A DNA stretch of 64,000 bases from Sedimentibacter sp. GTDB taxonomy: Bacteria; Bacillota; Clostridia; Tissierellales; Sedimentibacteraceae. The translations under genes were made by a program, and so were the position numbers. The notes under the pieces are model-generated. The model worked only from the letters and a program-made list of their open reading frames with translations. It had not been told where the DNA came from and made no database searches. Shown in pieces: positions 8,778 through 16,401 of this stretch (the stretch's first letter is position 1; the number at the start of each line of letters is the position of its first letter). The stretch spans positions 54,961 to 118,960 of the forward strand of contig DAMBZP010000008.1 in NCBI GenBank assembly GCA_032059885.1. The letters run 5' to 3'.

Positions 8778-10208
8778 ATGTTTGATAACAATATAAACGT
8801 TACAACCAATAAACCCGTTAATGATAACGTACTTAACAAACCAAAAGTAAAGCCCGAACAGGTTTTACCCTTTGATGCCGTCGACCCCACCAGGGTAACG
8901 AAGGCTCCAAAGCAGGACCCAAGCAATCAAACGGGACAGAATCTTTTCAATTATAATCCCGATTCAGTCTTTGAAAAATTTATAAAGTCGCTGCAAAGCT
9001 CTCCTGTTTTGTCCGAAGGAGCCAAGAAGCTGCTTCTGAGCAACCAGTTTATCAATAACAATATTAACAGTGATCCGATACTTAAGGGACTGTTCGAATC
9101 ATTTATAAAAAGCATAGAAATGAATGATGAAGAAATTATAGACTTTCTTAAATTTCAGCAGGGAACGTATACAAAATTTCACGGTGAGTTTTTCAATGCT
9201 TTAAGAGCGTTACTGAAAACAAATCCTGACAATAAGGATTTTAAGTCTATACTGAAAAATTTTCTAAGAAGCTATGACTGCTTCGTGTCGGTTGAAGAAA
9301 CAAGCAAATCAATTGCTGCAGCACTTAAAAATATTGAAAGAAACCTGCCGGAAATGCTGAAAAAACCCTTTAATGAGCTGACAGATAAATTAGTTTTCGA
9401 CAATTCAAAGGGCACTGACCCGGATCTGGATTTATTAAAAAATGAAATAATTCCCTTTATAGGCAGATATATTTCTAAAATGAATGACTTTGGTCCTGTC
9501 AGAGACTATGTCTCCGTACTGATTCATAACACGGTAAGGCTGGAAGCTTCATCAATGAACAGATTCTACGATGACCTGGAAAATCTTCTGGAATACGTAA
9601 GATATAATTTCGATGTTGACGAAAAATACATAGACTCTCTGAAAATGTCATTATTAAGCACATATGAGGAAGCCTCAAACGTTAAAAACAATTCCATAGA
9701 ATCATTTTTAAAGCTGTTGGAAACAGGCTCACAAAAAAGCGAAAACCTGACCAGCAAGGGTGTGATGGATGACATGACGGAATCTTTATTGTTCAGTCAA
9801 AATGTCCACATACCGCTGACGCATATGTTCCTTCCTCTTAATTACGAGGGTATGTTTATGTTTTCCGAGCTGTGGATAGGCAAGGAATATGAAGAACTTC
9901 CAAATAAGAAGAAAAACCCCGAATACAGCATGTCATACAAGGTCTTCGTAACTTTTGACATTCAAAATATCGGATATTTTGAAACAACACTTGTATTAAA
10001 AGAATCCGGGCTGTCCCTGGACATTTATGTTCCCGGCAGCTTGTACGAACATATAGAAAAAATTAAAAGTGATTTAAATTCATTGTTGAGCAAAAATAAT
10101 CTGAACGTAACTAATATGACTGTGCAGGAAAGCGTCAGAAGAAGGAAGTTCAACGAGGTGTTTTCAAATCTGACTGAAAGGAAAAGCGGCGTAGATGTCA
10201 CAATATAA
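8778..10208 (+). CDS. hypothetical protein with FliK-C-terminal-like (hook-length control) region
   Basis: 476 aa, with RBS AGGAG 6 nt upstream. The N-terminus is disordered and rich in N/P/K/Q. The C-terminal segment YKVFVTFDIQNIGYFETTLVLKESGLSLDIYVPGSLYEHIEKIKSDLNSLLSKNNLNVTNMTVQE has the alternating beta-strand pattern of Flg_hook/FliK C-domains. It overlaps the next gene by 14 nt. Confidence 0.5.
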   Translation: MFDNNINVTTNKPVNDNVLNKPKVKPEQVLPFDAVDPTRVTKAPKQDPSNQTGQNLFNYNPDSVFEKFIKSLQSSPVLSEGAKKLLLSNQFINNNINSDPILKGLFESFIKSIEMNDEEIIDFLKFQQGTYTKFHGEFFNALRALLKTNPDNKDFKSILKNFLRSYDCFVSVEETSKSIAAALKNIERNLPEMLKKPFNELTDKLVFDNSKGTDPDLDLLKNEIIPFIGRYISKMNDFGPVRDYVSVLIHNTVRLEASSMNRFYDDLENLLEYVRYNFDVDEKYIDSLKMSLLSTYEEASNVKNNSIESFLKLLETGSQKSENLTSKGVMDDMTESLLFSQNVHIPLTHMFLPLNYEGMFMFSELWIGKEYEELPNKKKNPEYSMSYKVFVTFDIQNIGYFETTLVLKESGLSLDIYVPGSLYEHIEKIKSDLNSLLSKNNLNVTNMTVQESVRRRKFNEVFSNLTERKSGVDVTI

Positions 10209-10467
10209 AGATAAATCCAAACATGCTGTTGCGTTGAAATATGACGCAGGCAAAAGCGGCGCACCTGTGGTAATTGCTTCCGGATCCGGATATATTGCCG
10301 ACAAGGTTGTAGAGATAGCAGAAGAAAGCGGTGTGCCTGTTTACAGGGATGATTCGCTGTCGGTTCTTTTGTCTCAGCTGGATATTGGCAGCGAGATACC
10401 CGAGGAGCTTTTCAGCTCAATAGTTGATATTTATATTTATTTTCTGAACTTTAAGATTCCGAATTGA
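10195..10467 (+). CDS. stand-alone FlhB C-terminal-domain protein (EscU/YscU/FlhB family, YlqH-like)
   Basis: 90 aa. KHAVALKYD..APVVIASGSGYIADKVVEIAEESGVPVYRDDSLSVLL aligns with the post-NPTH part of the bona fide FlhB in this window (NPTHYAVAVKYD..APIVLAKGKDNIAMRIVEKGQEYKINIVENVPLARGLY). Confidence 0.85.
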   Translation: MSQYKDKSKHAVALKYDAGKSGAPVVIASGSGYIADKVVEIAEESGVPVYRDDSLSVLLSQLDIGSEIPEELFSSIVDIYIYFLNFKIPN

Positions 10468-10475
10468 GGTTTAAT

Positions 10476-12506
10476 ATGAATGATTTAATTTTCGCTCTGG
10501 ATATCGGAACCCGTTCTGTTGTGGGAGTTGTGTGTGAAAACTCAGATAACGTTCTGAAGGTGAATGAAATCAAAAGTTATTTTCATAAGCAGCGTTCCAT
10601 GATTGACGGACAGATAGAGGATATCAAAGAAGTAAGCAGAGTTGTAGGCATAGTAAAAAATGAGCTTGAAAAAAGTCTCAATATAAAGCTTGAAAAAGTA
10701 TGCATAGCCGCTGCAGGAAGAGCACTTAAAACAGAACGAATACTGCTGGAAAAGGAATCTGATTCAAGGATTCCTGTCTCTAATGATTTTATAAAGGCAA
10801 TGGAGATGGAAGCATTGCAGCTGGCTCAGGATGTCTTTTCAGAAAACGGCCGTACTGATGATTTGTTTTATTGCGTAGGCTATAGCGTACTTGGTTACAC
10901 TCTTGACGGAAGAAGCATGTCAAAGGTAGAAGGTCACAGGGGAAACAAGCTGTCCGTTGAAATAATTGCCGCCTTTCTGCCTCATACTGTAATCGAGGGT
11001 CTTTATTCCTGCATGGACAACAATGGTCTGGATGTGTGCAATCTGACATTGGAGCCTATAGCCGCGATGGATTTGATCATTCCCAAGGACCTTAGACTTT
11101 TAAATCTTGCGTTGGTTGATATTGGTGCAGGAACTTCTGATATTGCTATCTCAAAGGATGGAAGTATAGTAGGCTATGATATGGCAACTGTTGCCGGAGA
11201 TGAAATAACGGAATGCCTGATGAAAAATTATCTGATTGATTTTAACACTGCCGAGGAAATAAAATCCGCATTGAGTGATGGCAATGATTATGTGTCAATA
11301 ACAAATATTTTGGGAATTGCAATGGATGTTCCTGCAAATGAAATACTTGAGTCGATTAAGCCTGCAGTTTATGATTTGTGTGCGGATATTTCATCCAAAA
11401 TATTAAAAATGAACAACGAGGCTCCTGCAGCAATATTTTTGGCAGGCGGCGGAAGCAGAACTCCTTTTTTAAGAGAATTTTTATCTGAGTTTTTAAATAT
11501 TAATGTATCACGAATTGCACTGACTGATAAGAAAAGCCTGAAAAATGTTGACGCTTCATCATTGGAATATTATGGTCCTGAACTCATAACACCTCTTGGA
11601 ATAGCATATTCAGTCATCTTAAATAAAAATTATGATTTTTTCAGTGTTACTGTCAATGATAAAAAAATAAGGCTGTACGGAATAAGGCAGATGAAGGTTA
11701 TGGATGCAATATTGATGTCCGGATTTGACCCCAAAAAGCTGATAGGATTTTCCGGAAAGAGCCTCAGGTTCCTGTTTAACGGTCAGCAGCATTATTATGC
11801 CGGCGAATTTTCAATACCGGCTCAGATATATGTAAATTCACGTGCCGCAACCATAGAAACCTTTATACGACCGGGAGATAATATACTGGTAGTTCCTGCA
11901 AAGGATGGAACGACTCCATTAGTTAAAATTTCTGATATAACTTCCGGCGGCAAAGAAGGTGTCGTTTATTTCAACGGCATCAAGACAGAACTAAACCCCA
12001 GATATTTTGCAAATAACGTCGCAGTTAACGAAGATTATATAATAGGCAGCTCCGATTTCATAGAGGTAGTACAATTAAAAACAATCTGTGATTTATACAA
12101 TCTGTATAATATGGATGAAACACTTTGTACAAGCTTTATAGACGGTGCTGCGGCAGATGTGGATTTTGAGCTGTATGACGGGTGCAAAATAGATGTGCTG
12201 AAAACATCGGAGCTGCCGGGTAAAAAACAGCTCAGTGAAAAGGTATTGGCTGAATCTGAAAATGTTACATGCAGCGAAGAAGAACCCTCTATAACGGTTA
12301 TAGTAAACAACCGATCTATAAGCCTTCCGGGGCGAAAAAACAATATGCCGTATATATTTGCAGACATGTTGAATTACACGGATATAGACCCTTCTAACCC
12401 CAAAGGAAACATAATTCTTCTTCACAATGGCAAGGAAGCTTCTTATCTGAATTCCATATCAGATAATGATGAAATAATAATCAAATGGGATTCAGAACAT
12501 TATTAA
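10476..12506 (+). CDS. actin-like ATPase (FtsA/PilM/EutJ superfamily) with a roughly 300 aa C-terminal repeat extension
   Basis: Phosphate-1 motif FALDIGTRSVVG, phosphate-2 LVDIGAGTSDIAI and adenosine motif FLAGGGSRTP. ATG at 10476 follows GAGG with 6 nt spacing, so I prefer it over the ORF-track TTG at 10464. Confidence 0.6.
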   Translation: MNDLIFALDIGTRSVVGVVCENSDNVLKVNEIKSYFHKQRSMIDGQIEDIKEVSRVVGIVKNELEKSLNIKLEKVCIAAAGRALKTERILLEKESDSRIPVSNDFIKAMEMEALQLAQDVFSENGRTDDLFYCVGYSVLGYTLDGRSMSKVEGHRGNKLSVEIIAAFLPHTVIEGLYSCMDNNGLDVCNLTLEPIAAMDLIIPKDLRLLNLALVDIGAGTSDIAISKDGSIVGYDMATVAGDEITECLMKNYLIDFNTAEEIKSALSDGNDYVSITNILGIAMDVPANEILESIKPAVYDLCADISSKILKMNNEAPAAIFLAGGGSRTPFLREFLSEFLNINVSRIALTDKKSLKNVDASSLEYYGPELITPLGIAYSVILNKNYDFFSVTVNDKKIRLYGIRQMKVMDAILMSGFDPKKLIGFSGKSLRFLFNGQQHYYAGEFSIPAQIYVNSRAATIETFIRPGDNILVVPAKDGTTPLVKISDITSGGKEGVVYFNGIKTELNPRYFANNVAVNEDYIIGSSDFIEVVQLKTICDLYNLYNMDETLCTSFIDGAAADVDFELYDGCKIDVLKTSELPGKKQLSEKVLAESENVTCSEEEPSITVIVNNRSISLPGRKNNMPYIFADMLNYTDIDPSNPKGNIILLHNGKEASYLNSISDNDEIIIKWDSEHY

Positions 12507-12522
12507 TATTCGGGGAGGATAC

Positions 12523-13155
12523 ATGGAAAATACTGATAAACTGGTTAAAATATATGATAGAGGATATAAGCTCTTGGGAAGCGGTTATCTTTTAGGCATG
12601 AGTATAAGTACAATTAAGATTAAGGGTAAGAATTTACCTATACTGGATTCAAATGCCGAAATTATTGTAGAAATTTACGGTGAACTTTCAGGAATAATGC
12701 CCTATGTCTGCAGAGTCAGTCTTGCATCAAGGAATCAGCTTAATGCAACAATATTAAAATCAGAACAAATGGTTGAAAGAAGAAGCTCGCTGAAAATGCG
12801 AACAGATTTATACTTCCATGTAGATCATATTGTTAGAAACGGTGAAGATATATCGAAAAATGTACCCAGCTTGAAAATCAATGTTCTGAATTTAAGCATA
12901 GGCGGCATGTTAATTTCTTCAAATTATGAGTTAATGAAAGATGATATCTTATCCTTTTGCTTTCAGTGCAGCAAGGACCAGATTGTCCCTTTGAAAGCTA
13001 CGGTTATCAGAATTGACAAAATATACGATACCCATACTAAGGAACTGTCCTCTATAAACTATGGATGTAAATTTGAAAAAATGCCTCACTATGATGAGGC
13101 AATAATTGCCAGGTATTTATATGACAGACAATTGCAATTATATAAAAACAGATAG
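12523..13155 (+). CDS. PilZ-domain protein (MotI/YcgR-like size), degenerate c-di-GMP motif
   Basis: 210 aa. It has ERRSSLK (RRxxxK rather than canonical RRxxxR), followed about 37 residues later by NLSIGG (the D/NxSxxG motif). RBS GGGGAGG. Confidence 0.7.
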   Translation: MENTDKLVKIYDRGYKLLGSGYLLGMSISTIKIKGKNLPILDSNAEIIVEIYGELSGIMPYVCRVSLASRNQLNATILKSEQMVERRSSLKMRTDLYFHVDHIVRNGEDISKNVPSLKINVLNLSIGGMLISSNYELMKDDILSFCFQCSKDQIVPLKATVIRIDKIYDTHTKELSSINYGCKFEKMPHYDEAIIARYLYDRQLQLYKNR

Positions 13156-13163
13156 GAGTTCTT

Positions 13164-14951
13164 ATGAAAAAATTTACGATTTCAACACTGATACTTATCT
13201 TGCTTATCAGCTCATTCAACATTTGCTACGGTGCTGAAAGTAATAAAATAAAAGCGCGTTTTACCCAAAGTGACGTATCCGGCACAAATTTTAAAGAGAT
13301 AAAAATTACCCCCTACGGTCACGATGAAGACGATAAGGATTACAGCTACTATATTTATCTTCCATCAGGGTACTTTGTGGAAGGCACAAGTGCCACATAT
13401 GTTGTTGACAAAAACGGTACGTACCCTTTTACGGTTTACGACGGCAGCAATTGGAGAACTTTCACTTACAAGGTAACCACTGTTGAAAAGTCCGAGGATG
13501 ATGAAAAAGAGAAGAAAAAGAAGGAAGATGAAATAAGCGCCGACTTTGACCTGATGTATGATTATGAGAAAAAACAGATTTTATTGAATATGAAACTGGA
13601 TAAGGTAAGAAATATAGCTGCTCCCGGCAAGACTCTTTTATCTAATGAAGTAAACTATTACATAGGCAGCATTGTTAACGGACAAATGGTTGATTTTACA
13701 ATAACTGCGGATGAAAAACCATATAATTTCAAGGTCATCAAGCAGGGAGAGTTTTATCTGCTGATATATATTTCGCAGGTAAATTACAATGATTACAGCA
13801 CTGTGGTGGAGTATCACGGGTACAACTTTGCTGGAAACGGTAAATATGAGGCCTTTCCTTCAAAAACTATTTATGATGACAACGGAAGATATGAAGTGCT
13901 TGTTAAGGGTGAAGGTTCGCAGCAGATTTTTAATTTCAATATAACAGATATTGATTACCGCAGACCGTCAGTGAAAGTGGATATTGTCAATAAATTGACC
14001 TTTGAGCTGGAAGCTGATGATGATTTCGGTCTTGCCTACATTATAACATATGATGGAAAATACATACCTATAAGCGGTGCAGCCACTACGTCCTTCACAT
14101 ACAATCATCCTGAAGAAATAGTATTTAACGGTGATTATCTGTTTACAGTAGTTGATAAAAAAGGAAACCGAACGGTGGCGGATGTAAAGGTTAAAGACAA
14201 AAGAAAACCTACAACCTGGAGACCTGCAATAAGCTTGGATGTACATAATTTCAAAAATACCGGGGATTTGTTTGAAAATATCGGACTGCCATATGAAAAA
14301 GACACTGAGAAGAGAGAATATTTTGAAAATGCTCTTCCTGGATATATGAACGGAAAGGACTCTTATAGCTTTGGTCCCGATTTACCAATATCAAGAGCTG
14401 AAATAGTAACAATATTTTGCAGGTTAAATAATCTTCCCTATGATTCAAGTGCCTATTTAAAAACAAAATTCACCGACATAGGAGATCACTGGGCAAGAGA
14501 TTACATAGCAATGGGAAGCAGCAAAAAATATGTTTCCGGATACAAGGACAAGACCTTCAAGCCGGATAACAGCGTAACAAGAGCTGAATTTTGCCAAATG
14601 CTGACCAAAATAAGCTCTTATAAAACATTGCTTAATGCTCTTCCTGCTTCAAGCAATTACGAATATGCCGACATACACAAGCACTGGGCAGAGTCAGAGA
14701 TAATAAAAATATCCTCAAGAAATCTGGTTACAGGACAAGGAAATTACTTCCGTCCAGATGAACCGATAACAAGAGCCGAGGTAGTTCATGCAATAAACAA
14801 GCTTTACGGCTGCAGCCCTTCATACAAGGAGTTGGGATATATAAGCTCATTGTACAACGAGTATTACAATTTTAAGGATATCAATAATAATATATATTAT
14901 GAAGATATAATTATTTCATTGGTAGGTATGTTCAGAGAAAAAATAAATTAA
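13164..14951 (+). CDS. secreted SLH-domain cell-surface protein with Ig-like repeats
   Basis: Signal peptide MKKFTISTLILILLISSFNICYGA. There are three NGxYxFxV-type repeat cores (NGTYPFTVYDGSNW, NGRYEVLVKGEGS, NGDYLFTVVDKKGN). Three C-terminal SLH repeats are present (ISRAEIVTIFCRL; FTDIGDHWARDYI...VTRAEFCQML; YADIHKHWAESEI...ITRAEVVHAI). Confidence 0.85.
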   Translation: MKKFTISTLILILLISSFNICYGAESNKIKARFTQSDVSGTNFKEIKITPYGHDEDDKDYSYYIYLPSGYFVEGTSATYVVDKNGTYPFTVYDGSNWRTFTYKVTTVEKSEDDEKEKKKKEDEISADFDLMYDYEKKQILLNMKLDKVRNIAAPGKTLLSNEVNYYIGSIVNGQMVDFTITADEKPYNFKVIKQGEFYLLIYISQVNYNDYSTVVEYHGYNFAGNGKYEAFPSKTIYDDNGRYEVLVKGEGSQQIFNFNITDIDYRRPSVKVDIVNKLTFELEADDDFGLAYIITYDGKYIPISGAATTSFTYNHPEEIVFNGDYLFTVVDKKGNRTVADVKVKDKRKPTTWRPAISLDVHNFKNTGDLFENIGLPYEKDTEKREYFENALPGYMNGKDSYSFGPDLPISRAEIVTIFCRLNNLPYDSSAYLKTKFTDIGDHWARDYIAMGSSKKYVSGYKDKTFKPDNSVTRAEFCQMLTKISSYKTLLNALPASSNYEYADIHKHWAESEIIKISSRNLVTGQGNYFRPDEPITRAEVVHAINKLYGCSPSYKELGYISSLYNEYYNFKDINNNIYYEDIIISLVGMFREKIN

Positions 14952-14965
14952 TAAGGGGGATTTAT

Positions 14966-15241
14966 ATGGTATGGAACTACATGGAGGAAATCGTAAGAAA
15001 TTGCGTCAACAACATTTTACACACCAATGCTGAATATGCAGACATTTGTAAATGCGAGCAATGTATTGACGATATTATGGCAAAGGCTTTAAACAATCTT
15101 GCTCCGTACTACATTACAACAAAAAAAGGTGAAGTGTTTGCCGAATATTCCTCGCTTGAAACCCAACACCAGGCAGAAGTAATCAAGGAAGTAATAAAAG
15201 CCATGGAGTTTGTATCTCACGACTCCGAACATAAACAATAA
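14966..15241 (+). CDS. ComFB-family protein
   Basis: 91 aa. NYMEEIVRNCVNNIL...CKCEQCIDDIMAKALNNLAPYYITT matches the ComFB (late competence development protein) CxC..C / ALN.L.P.Y signature. Confidence 0.8.
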   Translation: MVWNYMEEIVRNCVNNILHTNAEYADICKCEQCIDDIMAKALNNLAPYYITTKKGEVFAEYSSLETQHQAEVIKEVIKAMEFVSHDSEHKQ

Positions 15242-15268
15242 ACCAGCTTACGCTGGTTTATTGTTTAT
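15231..15268. terminator. bidirectional terminator between convergent comFB-like and cheD
   Basis: Perfect 17-bp inverted repeat ATAAACAATAAACCAGC-TTAC-GCTGGTTTATTGTTTAT. It spans both stop codons, with U-rich flanks on both strands. Confidence 0.75.
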
Positions 15269-15747
15269 ATTACCTTTAAATTTTTACCGAAAGACTTTAT
15301 GGTCAAGTTTCCTGTGGCACTGTCAAAAATTATTGTCCGCCCATAGTTTTCTCCCACATCCTCCGAAAAAAGCCTTATTCTTAGCTTTTGCAATGTTTCC
15401 CTGGCAGCTTCAATATTTCTTTCACCTATATTTCCTATAGCTGAGTTCCCTTTGATTTCAAACATTCTGGCTCCGCCGGCTATTTTTGCAATCATCCTCG
15501 TCCTAATTCCGCCTAAATGCTCCATTTGTTTAATCATTTCCGGTATTCCCGTATCTGCGTATTTAAAAACATTCGTTTTGTCAGCATTGTTGTTATACGG
15601 CAGCATTATATGAACCATCCCTGCTATCTGCGCTGTCTTGTCTACCACACAAATGCCCACACAGGAACCCAATGCGTATGAAATCAGTCCTTCAGGGACA
15701 TTCACGATTTTCATATCTGAAATTCCGACATTTACTTCACAACTCAT
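15265..15747 (-). CDS. cheD: chemoreceptor glutamine deamidase CheD
   Basis: 160 aa. LISYALGSCVGICVVD...GMVHIMLP is the CheD catalytic-Cys region. Confidence 0.9.
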   Translation of the reverse strand: MSCEVNVGISDMKIVNVPEGLISYALGSCVGICVVDKTAQIAGMVHIMLPYNNNADKTNVFKYADTGIPEMIKQMEHLGGIRTRMIAKIAGGARMFEIKGNSAIGNIGERNIEAARETLQKLRIRLFSEDVGENYGRTIIFDSATGNLTIKSFGKNLKVI

Positions 15748-16349
15748 ATATCTATTCCGAACCTCTTTAAAAGAATCTTCAGGGATGTCATGCTCGGCAG
15801 CAAAAGCATGTGGCTGTAAACTGTTTCATCTTGACAAAAATATTTTTCCTTAATGAAAATAACTTTGTCTGCTACTTCCGAAAATCCAGCGGTAACAGCA
15901 TCTAACAAAGCGCCGGACATATCAATGTTTAATGATGGAACGGATATATCAATTTTCATATTTGTCAGAGAAGATATAGTATTTACATAGGATGAGACCA
16001 TAATATTACCTATTTCTGACAATGCAGACATTTCCATTTCAGATATTTCTTCAAAGCTGTGAAGCTCTGTTCCAAGCAGTGAATTCAATATTAAGTGCAC
16101 AAATTCCCTTCTTAATAAAAACAGCATTACGCCATCTATATCTCCTTCAAAGCTGACCAAAATACCCACCACAACATTCTCAGCACCTCCTATGGACTCT
16201 ATTATATCATTGTAATTCAGGAGACTGACTTCCGGTACATTCATATCAATCCGCTTGGAAAGCATCTGAGAGAGAGAGGTTGCAGCATTGCCTGCTCCTA
16301 TATTTCCTATTTCTTTCAAAACGTCTATTTGAGTTTCATTTAATTCCAA
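15744..16349 (-). CDS. cheC: CheY-P phosphatase CheC
   Basis: 201 aa. Duplicated EIGNIGAGNAATSLS / EIGNIMVSS motifs typical of CheC/FliY. Confidence 0.85.
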   Translation of the reverse strand: MELNETQIDVLKEIGNIGAGNAATSLSQMLSKRIDMNVPEVSLLNYNDIIESIGGAENVVVGILVSFEGDIDGVMLFLLRREFVHLILNSLLGTELHSFEEISEMEMSALSEIGNIMVSSYVNTISSLTNMKIDISVPSLNIDMSGALLDAVTAGFSEVADKVIFIKEKYFCQDETVYSHMLLLPSMTSLKILLKRFGIDI

Positions 16350-16401
16350 ACTTTTACACCTCGTATTTCATTTATATAGGTCCTTCATACGTGGAAATGC
16401 C

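Noticed and set aside
8741-8926. 61 aa minus-strand ORF spanning the divergent promoter region and the 5' end of the 8778 gene.
   Set aside because: It overlaps the well-supported plus-strand start (AGGAG RBS). Its translation is hydrophobic and low-complexity, it has no RBS, and it would have to start inside the other gene.
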